Positions 8,716 through 18,215 of a DNA stretch of 64,000 bases are shown piece after piece (positions within the stretch are counted from its first letter, which is position 1; every line of letters starts with the position of its first letter). Source of the DNA: Candidatus Bathyarchaeota archaeon (GTDB taxonomy: Archaea > Thermoproteota > Bathyarchaeia > TCS64); the NCBI GenBank assembly GCA_963771885.1, contig CAVYVF010000023.1:1-64000 (forward strand), read 5' to 3'. Under the pieces are notes generated by a model, which ran no database searches, was not told the origin of the DNA, and saw only the letters and a list, made by a program, of their open reading frames with translations. A program made the translations under genes and the position numbers.

Positions 8716-10772
8716 TCGAATCCCTCACCCTCCGCGGATTCAAGAGCTACCGAGGCCAGCAGACCATCCGCTTCACAAAAGGCGTAAACAAGATCAGCGG
8801 CAGGAACGCCTCGGGAAAGACGACGATACTCGAAGCGGTGCTCTTCGGCCTCTTCGGGGACGTCCCCGGCGTCGAGAAGAGAGACCTACTACCCGTCGGC
8901 GGAGGCGACCTCTTCATAGAACTCGTCTTCAGGACCCCAAAGGGAACGAAAGTCACGATCCACAGGGAGGCCACACTCACAAAGAAGGGCACTGAGGAAG
9001 CCTTCAAGACAAAGGAGTTCCTCATGCAGATCGAGGGCGAGAAAGCACCCATTACCCGCGAGCGAGACGCCCAGGACAGACTTAGGGAGCTCCTCGGCGT
9101 AAGCAGCGGCACATTCTTCAACGTCGTCTACGCCCGCCAGAAGGAGTTCGTAGACATTCTCAACCCCGAGAAGGGGCGCATGAACGCCATCCTCGGCCTC
9201 ACCGCCCCCAGTGAAATACGGGAGCAACTAAGAGAGGTAAGAAAGCAGCTGGAGCAGAGAGGCGAACTCCCCCTCAAGCCAGCTTTCGAGGAGAGGATAA
9301 GGAACGCCGAGAAGACACTCGCAGACGGTGGAGCGCAGCTGACTGAGATTACTGCTAAAAAGACCGTCCTCGTCACCGAGCTGAGCGTCAAACGTTACGA
9401 GCTACAGAACGCGAAGGACGCCGTCGAGCGCGTCGAGGGATACGAGACCAACTTCCGGGAGCTCGAAGCCATAAGGCAGGAGTACGAGACGAACCGCAGG
9501 CTCCGAGAGGCGAAGGAGGGCGAGCTTGAGGGAGTCGCCTCCGAGATGGGAGAGAGCCCAGACATCCGCGTCAAGGACCTAGAAAACAGAGCGAACACCG
9601 CAAAGGCGACAGAGGAGAGACTACGCCAACTCAGCGACGCCGAACCTGAGCAGCGCCGCAGAGCGGCAGCGGCGACAACAGATAGGCTCACCCACCAGAT
9701 CAGGGAGCACAGGGAGCTATTCGAGAAAGGGGTCACAGTCTGCCCCAAGTGCGGGCAGCCAATAGACCCAGCCGCCATAGAGAAAGATCTGACGACGTGG
9801 ACGGCGGAGCTCGAAGCCGCGAAGAAGCAGATGGCAGCAGCCGCCTCCGAGATACAGGACCTCAAGGCGCAGGCCAAAACCGCCACGGAGAAACGCATCG
9901 ACGCGAGCAGAGCACTCGACCGATTCCTCGACCTCAAAGCACGCCTCGACGAGGGCAAGAGGGCCATGCTCAGGCTCGACGACTCTGGCGCCAAGCTCGC
10001 CGAGAGGCTCGAAGTCGGCACCGAGGGACTCACAGAGCTCGTCGAGAGGGAGTTCGGCTCCGTCAAAGGAATCGAGGAAGCCCGGAGGCGCGTCGACGAG
10101 AAGCTTAGGGCTCTACGCATCACTGAGAGGGAGGCACACGCCTCCGTGAGGGAACGCGAGACGAGATTCCAGGAGGCTGACACCGCCGAGAAGAGGCTCA
10201 GAGCACAGCTCACCGGCGTCGAACAGACACTAAAGGATTCGCGTGAGAGGCTCGCGAAGGTAACCGAGTACGAGGCGAAGATACGCGCCTTAGACGGCAT
10301 CGTCGACCGCTACGGAATATACGAGAGGGACCTACGCGACAACACACTCCGCCTACTTGAATACACTACTTTCGAATACTTCCGCCGCCTCACCGACCAG
10401 CAGCTCTACTCCGCCTGCAAGATCGACAGGGAGAGATACACACTCGAAGTGCAGCCGAAAGGAAGCCCACGTTCGTTGCCAGCCTGGCGCGCCGGGGGTG
10501 GCCACCAGAGCCTCTTCGCACTAGCCGAGCGCCTCGCACTCCTGAGAGTCCGCAACTTCCCCTACCTCCTAATCCTAGACGAGCCCACCGACGCTGTCGA
10601 CTCCGAGAACGTGCCTCACCTACTGGAGTACATAGCGCGGAGCAGCAGGGAAATAGGTCAGGTTCTCCTCGTAACCCACCACGGGCAGGGAGAGGAGGAG
10701 GGTGTCAACCTCATCAGAGTGCAAAAGGTCGACGGAGAGAGCAGGGTCACACAGGAGTTAGCCTACGGCTAA
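8712..10772 (+). CDS. rad50: Rad50 SMC-family ATPase
   Basis: GRNASGKTT Walker A, ARQKE Q-loop, coiled coil with CPKC zinc hook, LILDEPT Walker B, LVTH; ATG at 8712 overlaps the mre11 stop. Confidence 0.9.
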   Translation: MIESLTLRGFKSYRGQQTIRFTKGVNKISGRNASGKTTILEAVLFGLFGDVPGVEKRDLLPVGGGDLFIELVFRTPKGTKVTIHREATLTKKGTEEAFKTKEFLMQIEGEKAPITRERDAQDRLRELLGVSSGTFFNVVYARQKEFVDILNPEKGRMNAILGLTAPSEIREQLREVRKQLEQRGELPLKPAFEERIRNAEKTLADGGAQLTEITAKKTVLVTELSVKRYELQNAKDAVERVEGYETNFRELEAIRQEYETNRRLREAKEGELEGVASEMGESPDIRVKDLENRANTAKATEERLRQLSDAEPEQRRRAAAATTDRLTHQIREHRELFEKGVTVCPKCGQPIDPAAIEKDLTTWTAELEAAKKQMAAAASEIQDLKAQAKTATEKRIDASRALDRFLDLKARLDEGKRAMLRLDDSGAKLAERLEVGTEGLTELVEREFGSVKGIEEARRRVDEKLRALRITEREAHASVRERETRFQEADTAEKRLRAQLTGVEQTLKDSRERLAKVTEYEAKIRALDGIVDRYGIYERDLRDNTLRLLEYTTFEYFRRLTDQQLYSACKIDRERYTLEVQPKGSPRSLPAWRAGGGHQSLFALAERLALLRVRNFPYLLILDEPTDAVDSENVPHLLEYIARSSREIGQVLLVTHHGQGEEEGVNLIRVQKVDGESRVTQELAYG

Positions 10773-10960
10773 GGCACCTTTTTCGGCTTATATTTTCGCT
10801 CCGAGTACTTCCCCGTGATGCGCACATGCGTCCCGCCCCTGAAGGCGTCTGCCTCCAGCTGCTTCGTCATCACATCGCAGTCGGAGCGCCACTCGCACTC
10901 CTTGCACTCCTCATCCTCACTGAGCAAGCCTATGCAGGTGGGGCGCGCTCCCTTAGACAT
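10769..10960 (-). CDS. Small Cys-rich hypothetical protein
   Basis: C-x8-CxxC-x5-C pattern (PTCIGLLSEDEECKECEWRSDC) with basic tail; stop abuts rad50 stop. Confidence 0.55.
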   Translation of the reverse strand: MSKGARPTCIGLLSEDEECKECEWRSDCDVMTKQLEADAFRGGTHVRITGKYSERKYKPKKVP

Positions 10961-11069
10961 ACCGAGATTCAACCGGCGCGAACCCCTAAAAACATTACCC
11001 AGAAGAAGGCCTTGGAATCACTAATCGTCTAGTAACCACCCGTCTTGGCAGCCAAATTGAGAGTCTTGC

Positions 11070-11810
11070 TCACGCACGTCGTTGCCCTAACTTAGCCTTC
11101 TGCTGGCGCAGTCTCTCGTATAGGACAACGGCGGCTGAGACGCCGACATTGAGGCTTGGGACCATGCCGTGCATCGGTATTTTGATGACGGAGTCACACT
11201 TCTCCAGCAGGGTAGGGCTTATGCCCTCGCCCTCGCCGCCGAGCACGAGGGCTATCGCACCGGACAGGTCCTCATCCCAGAGGTCATGATTCCCCGAGGG
11301 GTCGACGGCAACGAGCTTGAAGTCCTCGTCCTTGAGGAGCTTGACGGCGGGGTAAATGTTCTCCCTAGCGACGGCGACGTGTGCGCCTCCCCCCATGCTG
11401 ACACGTAGGACGGTGGGCGTGAGCCCCACGCTCTCCTTCTTAGGGATGAGGACCGCGTCTACGCCGGTCGCGTCGGCGGTGCGGAGTATGCTGCCAAAGT
11501 TCTGGGGATCCTCGATGCCATCGAGGATGACTACACAAGGCGTCCTCCCTGCCTTCTTCACAACCACACTGAGGGCGACATAGCCGGGAGCTTCGACGAG
11601 GGCTATAACACCCTGGTGACGACGGGTCTCCGAGAGCCTATCCAGCGCCTCCTTTTCGACGAACTCGACCGGTGAGCCACGCCGCTTCGCCATCTCGACT
11701 ATCTCCTTGATCTTCGGGTCGGTCGTCGACCCCTTAACGACAAGCAACTTACGAACCCCGCCCCGCTTCAGGGTCTCGACAACCGGGTTACGCCCCTCGA
11801 CCTGTGACAT
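11070..11810 (-). CDS. SPOUT/TrmH-family RNA 2'-O-methyltransferase (RlmB-like)
   Basis: EGRNPV start, DGIEDPQNFGSILRTA, LGGEGEGI, IPMHGMVPSLNV. Confidence 0.9.
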   Translation of the reverse strand: MSQVEGRNPVVETLKRGGVRKLLVVKGSTTDPKIKEIVEMAKRRGSPVEFVEKEALDRLSETRRHQGVIALVEAPGYVALSVVVKKAGRTPCVVILDGIEDPQNFGSILRTADATGVDAVLIPKKESVGLTPTVLRVSMGGGAHVAVARENIYPAVKLLKDEDFKLVAVDPSGNHDLWDEDLSGAIALVLGGEGEGISPTLLEKCDSVIKIPMHGMVPSLNVGVSAAVVLYERLRQQKAKLGQRRA

Positions 11811-12048
11811 ACAAATATCAACCAAGAAGAAGAGGACACCCGCTAAAAGGATACCGCGTCCTACCCCAATCGCTCTCACGGCAAACGCTAGCAATCGGAT
11901 ATAGAGGCCGAGAACCACGAGGCTGAGCATGAGAAGGTAATGAAAAGGCTCACGAAGGCGAGGAGACAGAGGGAAAGAGACTGAGGACATATTGACGAAG
12001 AGCCAAATAGGGAAGAGAACCTAACGATTACAGGAATTGACCCATCGA

Positions 12049-12333
12049 CTAATTGAGGCGCGTCAGAGGTATGCTCCAGTGGCTGAACCCGGAGCCCCTG
12101 ACCCATATCCCACCCATCTTCTTCACGCTCCGGTCAAGCCGGTACCAATCCGCCCTAGCCAACTTTATCGGCCTAATCGTAACATAGCCAGTATCCTGAA
12201 GCAGAATCGTGATGTCCGTCAAAAGGTCGCCCGGCAGATAGCTGAGCACCTGGGAGAAAACTGTCTGGGAGTCGGGTCTCCCATCCAGGCGCCTCTCATT
12301 GAAGGCAATACGCCCAACCGGCTCGATCCTCAT
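12049..12333 (-). CDS. Hypothetical protein
   Basis: 94-aa ORF with protein-like composition (KKMGGIWV), co-oriented with the upstream HTH gene. Confidence 0.5.
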   Translation of the reverse strand: MRIEPVGRIAFNERRLDGRPDSQTVFSQVLSYLPGDLLTDITILLQDTGYVTIRPIKLARADWYRLDRSVKKMGGIWVRGSGFSHWSIPLTRLN

Positions 12334-12344
12334 ATCAGATTCAC

Positions 12345-12806
12345 CTATGAGTGATAGAGGTAGTCCCGCGCCTTATCGGTGAGCTTTATCCTACCCCTGT
12401 GCCCAATGAGGATATCGTTACGCTTCAGCGTCTTCCGGATATCCGTGGAAAGATGAGTGATGGCGGTGTACTCGTCCCTCGACTTGTAGATGAGCTGCAG
12501 CTCCGCCTGGTAGTAGTTAATCATATTCTGGAAGTTCTTCTCCTGGAACGTCAACCCAGTCATACCTAGAAACTTCGCGTCCCTAAGATTCGTCACCGAC
12601 ACACTATTCGCGTGCAAGCGCGTCTCCTTGTCTACGTATGCCTGTCTGAGCTCTGGGTCCCCGTTGCGGCTCATCGCCTTAATGTCGTTGAGCACCGTCC
12701 ACTTACCGACACCCATCTCCGCAGCAATCTGAATGTTCGTGTGGTCCTTTTGTATGCCCCTAAGTATCATCAGGCGGCGCTCCTCTGGGCTAAATGTGTT
12801 TACCAT
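12345..12806 (-). CDS. HTH-domain protein
   Basis: RRLMILRGIQKDHTNIQIAAEMGVGKWTVLNDIKAM resembles an HTH; winged-helix-like C-terminus. Confidence 0.6.
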   Translation of the reverse strand: MVNTFSPEERRLMILRGIQKDHTNIQIAAEMGVGKWTVLNDIKAMSRNGDPELRQAYVDKETRLHANSVSVTNLRDAKFLGMTGLTFQEKNFQNMINYYQAELQLIYKSRDEYTAITHLSTDIRKTLKRNDILIGHRGRIKLTDKARDYLYHS

Positions 12807-12939
12807 TGTCTTGTTCTCCTCTTCCACTACTCTTACGCAAGAAACCGGGTGCATCAACCTTCCTCCGCACGCGCTGCGGATAATGCACAGCGCGCGCGGA
12901 GGGGACCGACCGATTAATTCGGGGCTACCGTTCCATCTA

Positions 12940-13089
12940 CTACGCATTCTGATCTGAGGCGACCCACTTCTTCACGGCCTCCTCTATTGCCTTCGTGAGG
13001 TCGCCCTTTTTCCCGCCGAACTTCTCTATTGTTTTAAATCTGAGCTTTTTCTCTAGCTCATCTGAGAGTTCCACGTTTATTCGGCCCAT
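12940..13089 (-). CDS. 49-aa ribbon-helix-helix (CopG-like) protein, absent from the ORF track
   Basis: Translated by hand: MGRINVELSDELEKKLRFKTIEKFGGKKGDLTKAIEEAVKKWVASDQNA; beta-strand plus two amphipathic helices. Confidence 0.8.
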   Translation of the reverse strand: MGRINVELSDELEKKLRFKTIEKFGGKKGDLTKAIEEAVKKWVASDQNA

Positions 13090-13152
13090 CTCTTCAGCTT
13101 TCCTGTTCTTCGGGTAAGCAGTAAGCGCCGGCTACTCGGCATTACGCTCATC

Positions 13153-13228
13153 CGCATACACACATATGTGCATAACTGCTTATAAGGACATGTATTTACG
13201 TGTGTAAGTGTTTATGCGTGGATTTATG
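13153..13228. promoter_or_regulatory. Octamer repeat array and TATA box upstream of the RHH gene
   Basis: CATGTATT-TACGTGTG-TAAGTGTT-TATGCGTG-GATTTATG at 13189-13228, inverted copies at 13153-13166, palindrome CACATATGTG at 13161-13170, CTTATAAG at 13179-13186. Confidence 0.5.
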
Positions 13229-13291
13229 ATCCCGCGCACACTCTGAATTAACCTGAAAAAACTATGTTATTAGGGGTAGCACGTCACAAGA

Positions 13292-14178
13292 TTACCCGGC
13301 GAAGTGTCTGTAGACGGCCATGCTCACCCTAGCGATCGCCTCCTCCGCCGCGTAGACGTCCACCGCCCCCTTCGTGAAGCAGCTAATGCAGTATCTCTCC
13401 CCCGTGGCGAGTATCATGATTACGCCTACGTCGTTCCTCACCCCCGGCAGGCTCCCAGTCTTCCTCTGCATCCTCACCTTCTCCGCGGGGAGGTACTTCG
13501 GCACCCTGTACTCCCCAGTTTGGCATTTGCCCATAGTCTCGAGGATGGCGTCGCAGCCCTCCCTGCTCGCCGCCTTCCCATCCACGATAAACTCCAGAAG
13601 CCTATTCATCTCCAGCGGCGTGGTGATGTTGTTCCTCTCCGTCCCCAGGCTCCATGAACCCTTGTCCGTCCCGCTCTTCGCAAGCCTCAGATAGGTTTCA
13701 AGGGTCTTCTCCTCGTCAGACAGGTTGGTTCCCGCCGACGAGGTCGAATAGAAGGTCACGGCAGTCCCCCACCACAACGGTGTTCTTCAACCCGAGGCGC
13801 CTCATCCTCGCGTTGACGTTCTCCTTCCCAACCCTCTCCACAAGCATATCCGTCGCCGTGTTGTCACTCAGGATCATCATCAGCCTGCTCAGGTCGCGGA
13901 CGGTAACCTCAAGCCCCTCACTAAGCTCCTTCAGAATACCTGAGCCCGGAACCTTGATGGAATCCTTCAGGATGAGCCTGTCGTCGAGGCTGAGCCTTCC
14001 AGCCTCCACCTGCCCGTACAGCTCGACTATGACGGGCACCTTGAAGACACTCGCAGTCGGGAACACCTCACTCCCCGTTTATGCTCGCCTCCTCCCCCGT
14101 CCCGAGGTGCCTGACAGCGACCCCGAGGACCTTCTCGAAGCCCTTCGCCTCCTTCACAATATCCCCGTGAAGAGTCAT
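13292..14178 (-). CDS. Serine hydrolase of the class A beta-lactamase/PBP fold, frameshifts near 14075 and 13731
   Basis: FPTASVFK (SxxK), SDN and KTG motifs distributed over three frames that join by removing single G residues. Confidence 0.82.
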
Positions 14179-14261
14179 AGGAATACATACAACACACCGT
14201 GGCTAAAACACATCCCCCCGAACGCTTTAGTACACCAACAACCGAGGAAACCATGATCAAC

Positions 14262-14522
14262 ATGTCCGAGGAACCAGTCTACGTCGCCGAGGTAACCCAC
14301 GTCGGTAAGTCCTGCAGCGCCGGCCACAAGGTGGGGGACAAGTTCGAGGTCAACACCCACAAGACAGGAGGCATCTGCGGGTACTGCTACCACGACCTCT
14401 TCCCCACCCTGATGAACTGCTGCTACGGCGGCAAGATACCCTGGATCGACCCGAAGGAGTTCAACTACGAGTGCCCTGACAGATGGAACGACGTCAAGTT
14501 CCGCGTCTACAGGAAGAAGTGA
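14262..14522 (+). CDS. TIGR04076-like small Cys protein
   Basis: CSAGHKVGDKF, ICGYCYHDLFP, CPD motifs. Confidence 0.75.
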   Translation: MSEEPVYVAEVTHVGKSCSAGHKVGDKFEVNTHKTGGICGYCYHDLFPTLMNCCYGGKIPWIDPKEFNYECPDRWNDVKFRVYRKK

Positions 14523-14526
14523 CCAC

Positions 14527-15489
14527 GTGAAGCCGAAGGTGCTCGTTAGCTACAAGGAGGACAACTTCCCCGAGGACGTCGCCGATAAGTTACGCCCACT
14601 CGCCGAGGTGATACGCGTCTCCGGCGACTACTCGGAGCAACTGCGCGAAGCCGAGGTGCTGCTCGCCTCGGGTGAGAGGGTGAACGACGACTTCCTCAGG
14701 AAGGCGCCTAAGCTCAAACTCGTCAGCCGATTCGGCGTGGGCTACGACGCCGTCGACGTCGACGCCTGCACCCGCCGAGGAGTCTACGTCTGCCACACCC
14801 CCGACGTCCTCAGCGGCGCAGTCGCCGACCTCACCTGGGCATTCATACTCGGCTGGATGCGCCGCATCCCCGAGGCCGACGAGTACGCACGAACCGAGTG
14901 GGGGAAGAAGCAGAAGGGATTCCCATTCGGCTGGGACATGGAGGACAAGACCCTCGGGCTCCTCGGCTTCGGCCGCATAGGCGCCGAAGTGGCGAAGAGG
15001 GGCAAAGGCTTCGGCGTAAAAATGATCTATTATGACGTCGTCCGCCGACAGGACCTAGAAGCGCTGTACGGGATGACGTACGTCACCTTCGAGGAACTGC
15101 TGAAAACCTCCGACATAATCAGCGTCCACGTCCCACTGATACCCACCACCAAGGGAATACTAAGTACACCCCAGTTCAAGGCGATGAAGAAGACAGCCAT
15201 CGTCGTCAACACTAGCCGCGGACCCGTCATCGACCAGAAGGCACTCACCGAAGCGCTAAAAGAGAAGACCATAGCTGGCGCCTGCCTCGACGTATTCGAG
15301 GTCGAGCCCGCCCCCCTCACCGAGGAACTTTTCAAGCTCGACAACGTCATCGTCGCCCCCCACATGGCGTCAGGCACATGGGAGACACGCCGCAAGATGG
15401 CGGAGCGATGCACCGAGAGCATCAAGGCCCACCTAGAGGGAAAGAGGCCACCGTTCACAGTGCCCGAACAGAAGAATGTAAACTTCTGA
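14527..15489 (+). CDS. D-2-hydroxyacid dehydrogenase (glyoxylate reductase-like)
   Basis: GVGYD, GLLGFGRIG, NTSRGPVID, LDVFEVEP, APHMAS. Confidence 0.9.
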   Translation: MKPKVLVSYKEDNFPEDVADKLRPLAEVIRVSGDYSEQLREAEVLLASGERVNDDFLRKAPKLKLVSRFGVGYDAVDVDACTRRGVYVCHTPDVLSGAVADLTWAFILGWMRRIPEADEYARTEWGKKQKGFPFGWDMEDKTLGLLGFGRIGAEVAKRGKGFGVKMIYYDVVRRQDLEALYGMTYVTFEELLKTSDIISVHVPLIPTTKGILSTPQFKAMKKTAIVVNTSRGPVIDQKALTEALKEKTIAGACLDVFEVEPAPLTEELFKLDNVIVAPHMASGTWETRRKMAERCTESIKAHLEGKRPPFTVPEQKNVNF

Positions 15490-15490
15490 G

Positions 15491-16171
15491 TCACCAGAAA
15501 CCGGGTACCAGCCGGCGCCTCACCCTCGCCGCATACTCCTTGTACCCTTCGAGGTTATCATGCAGGAAATGATCCTCAAGGGACGTCCTAATTACAATAG
15601 CAACGCATCCGGCGAGCGCCGGGATGAGCGCGTATATTGAGCCTAGGATGAGTGCCACCGCTGGGAAGGCTAGGAAAGCGCCGAGGTAGGAAGGATGCCT
15701 GACAAAACGGTACGGTCCACTCGACACCACCTTATGTCCTCTGTCCGTCTGCAGCCGTACGATGGCGGAGAACCACCTGTTCACAGCGAGGGCCCAAACG
15801 CCTACAACGGCGCCTACGACGAACAGGACCACCCCAACAGCAAACACTGAGTCACCGAGGGGCCGAGACCAGCCAAACCTATGATCCAACGCAGCGACTA
15901 GAAGCGTCGATAGAGATCCGACAATCACCATGAACCTCGCGAGTATGTGGTCCCACGCTGCACCTCCCTTCGGGGGATTCGTCCTCTCCTCGAATAGCCC
16001 TGCTTCGCCTAATACAATCCACATATCCGCGACCTGAACCATCGCTGAGACGAAAAAATAGAACCAGCCCTGAACCCAGACGAGGTCACCCGAGACAAGA
16101 AACGTCCCAACTAGTAATAGGAGCAGGAGAAACAGCAGCCGAGGCACCCACTTACTCGCTCGAACAGCCAT
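15491..16171 (-). CDS. Isoprenylcysteine carboxyl methyltransferase family membrane protein
   Basis: HKVVSSGPYRFVRHPSYLG, RTSLED, GYKEYAARVRRRLVP. Confidence 0.85.
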   Translation of the reverse strand: MAVRASKWVPRLLFLLLLLLVGTFLVSGDLVWVQGWFYFFVSAMVQVADMWIVLGEAGLFEERTNPPKGGAAWDHILARFMVIVGSLSTLLVAALDHRFGWSRPLGDSVFAVGVVLFVVGAVVGVWALAVNRWFSAIVRLQTDRGHKVVSSGPYRFVRHPSYLGAFLAFPAVALILGSIYALIPALAGCVAIVIRTSLEDHFLHDNLEGYKEYAARVRRRLVPGFW

Positions 16172-16220
16172 CGAGATTGAGGTGCCCCGGTTCGGTAATA
16201 GGGTTTAGGATAGTGGGATG

Positions 16221-16820
16221 CTATATAGCCTTGAAACGCTTCTCGACGGCGGCCCAGTCGATGATGCCCCAGAGGGCGTCGACGTATGCAGCGCGGTTGT
16301 TCTGGTACTTTAGATAGTAGGCGTGCTCCCAGACATCGATTACGAGGAGCGGCACAACCCCCCAAATTGTGAGCTTCTGGTGATTCTCAGCTTGGAGGAC
16401 GAGCAGTTGCTTGGAGGCCGGCTCCCAGACGAGCACCGCCCACCCCGAACCCTCGACAGCCTTAGCCGCCGCACCCATCTCCGCTTTGAGCTTTACGAGG
16501 TCGCCGAAGTCCATCTTTACCTGGTCGAGGAAGGCGCCAGACGCTGGCTCCTTGCTCTCAGCCTTTGGACAGAGGTTCTCCCAATACATGTTATGCAGGA
16601 CGACGCCACTCCCATGGAATGCAAGGTCCTTATCAAGAGCCTTGATCGCTGCATAGTCTCCCTTCTCGCGCGCCTCTACGATCTTCTTCAGCGTCCCATT
16701 GAATCCCGCCACGTAGGCGTTGTGGTGTTTATCGTGGTGAAGGGTGACCGTCGCCGCGTCGATGACGGGCTCAAGGGCCTCGTAAGCGTAAGGTAGCTTC
16801 GGTAGAACGTACTCTTTCAT
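16221..16820 (-). CDS. sod: Fe/Mn superoxide dismutase
   Basis: LPKLPYAYEALEP, HHDKHHNAYV, DVWEHAYY. Confidence 0.95.
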   Translation of the reverse strand: MKEYVLPKLPYAYEALEPVIDAATVTLHHDKHHNAYVAGFNGTLKKIVEAREKGDYAAIKALDKDLAFHGSGVVLHNMYWENLCPKAESKEPASGAFLDQVKMDFGDLVKLKAEMGAAAKAVEGSGWAVLVWEPASKQLLVLQAENHQKLTIWGVVPLLVIDVWEHAYYLKYQNNRAAYVDALWGIIDWAAVEKRFKAI

Positions 16821-16908
16821 CTCATTCTCACTCCATAAACGAATGATCGTTGACTTTCCGATTTAATATACCTTGAGCAAAGGATCCCCAGAACACTGAT
16901 AAACGCTG

Positions 16909-17637
16909 ATGGCTGAGTGGTATCGATCGGTGGCGGGTTTGGATGATCTGCTGTGGAACCTGACAGTGATGGCAGGGTGCTACGCCTACATCGTGGCACT
17001 CATCCTCGTTTCACCCCGCCTGAAACTGCCCGGGAAAGTGAACAGAAAGGTCCTACATGCGATGATCGGAAACCTCCCCCTCATAATGCCATTCTTCACA
17101 TCGAACATCTACCCCTTCCTCGTGGCTAGTCCGTTCATCCTAGTCACTGTCCTCGCCACGCCGAGCAGCCCCCTAAAGCTGGGGGAGAAGATGAAGGGAC
17201 TCAGCAGCCTGACCGACGAGGGCCACCAGTGGGGCCTCGTCCTCTACGCCATCAGCTACACGGCGCTCGCCTACCTCTTCGGGACACAGTCATACGTCGT
17301 CGCCGCCGGCATATTCCCAATGGCCTATGGTGACAGTCTTGCCGCCCTATTCGGAGAGAGGTGGGGGAGGCACAAGTACCGCGTCTTCGAGACGAAGAGC
17401 TTAGAGGGAAGCCTCGGCATGTTCCTCGGCAGCAGCGTCAGCCTGACACTCGCCTTCCTATACTTCGGGCTCCTATTTCCCCTCACATTCAACCCACTCG
17501 TCCCCGCCATCGCCATAGCCTCCCTCGCAACAGTTGTCGAAGGCGTCTGCCCGAGGGGCCTCGACAACATCGCCGTCCCACTCGTGGGAGCAGCCACATT
17601 CCTGTTAATGACAGGAGGAATGACGTGGGCAAACTAG
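16909..17637 (+). CDS. Phytol/dolichol kinase-like membrane protein (CTP_transf_1 clan)
   Basis: RKVLH, MAYGDSLAALFG, KSLEGS, GLDNIAVP. Confidence 0.8.
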   Translation: MAEWYRSVAGLDDLLWNLTVMAGCYAYIVALILVSPRLKLPGKVNRKVLHAMIGNLPLIMPFFTSNIYPFLVASPFILVTVLATPSSPLKLGEKMKGLSSLTDEGHQWGLVLYAISYTALAYLFGTQSYVVAAGIFPMAYGDSLAALFGERWGRHKYRVFETKSLEGSLGMFLGSSVSLTLAFLYFGLLFPLTFNPLVPAIAIASLATVVEGVCPRGLDNIAVPLVGAATFLLMTGGMTWAN

Positions 17638-18215
17638 TCGTCATCGATGGACTCGACGCCTCTGGGAAGAGCACACAGGCGGAGATGCTCGCCGAACACA
17701 TCAGGGCATCCGGGAAGACATGCATCATCCGCAGCCACCCCGGCGACGACAACTTCTTCGGCATCAAGGGGCGAGAGTACCTCTTCCGCGAGGGAAAAGC
17801 GGCGCACCTAGCCGCGAGCCTCTTCTACCTCGCTGACGTGATCCGCAGCATCACCTTCTATCACTGGAGAAACGTCGACTACATCATCTTCGTAAGGTAC
17901 CTCATGGGCACTGCCTACCTGCCAGCCCCCCTCCATAAGTACGCCTACAGCTTCTTCTCTCACATCGTCCCCACTAAGGGCGACCTCATCTTCATAGAGG
18001 TCTCCCCAGATGAGGCGTATCGCCGCGTCGCAGAAAACAGAGTCAAGATCGAGCGGTTCGAGACGATTGATGAACTCGCAAAGACCTCGGAGAAGGCACT
18101 TAAACTCGCCTCTGACGGCAAGTGGAAAATAATCGACGGAAACCGCTCAATTCCGGAGATACACGAAGATATTCTGAAGATGGTTGGCCTCAAGTCACAG
18201 CCTTCGGCCTTGTGA
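17625..18215 (+). CDS. Thymidylate kinase-like P-loop kinase (divergent)
   Basis: VIDGLDASGKSTQ Walker A; the DRY motif reads VRY; GTG start overlaps the upstream gene. Confidence 0.75.
   Translation: MGKLVVIDGLDASGKSTQAEMLAEHIRASGKTCIIRSHPGDDNFFGIKGREYLFREGKAAHLAASLFYLADVIRSITFYHWRNVDYIIFVRYLMGTAYLPAPLHKYAYSFFSHIVPTKGDLIFIEVSPDEAYRRVAENRVKIERFETIDELAKTSEKALKLASDGKWKIIDGNRSIPEIHEDILKMVGLKSQPSAL

Noticed and set aside
9395..10300. Long antisense ORF inside rad50 and the many similar overlapping ORFs
   Set aside because: Ser/Arg-rich shadows of GC3-biased coding strands with no recognisable motifs
11811..11990. Hydrophobic N-terminal extension on the methyltransferase
   Set aside because: The family start is MSQVEGRNPV at 11810; the extension looks like chance open frame over a purine-rich intergenic stretch
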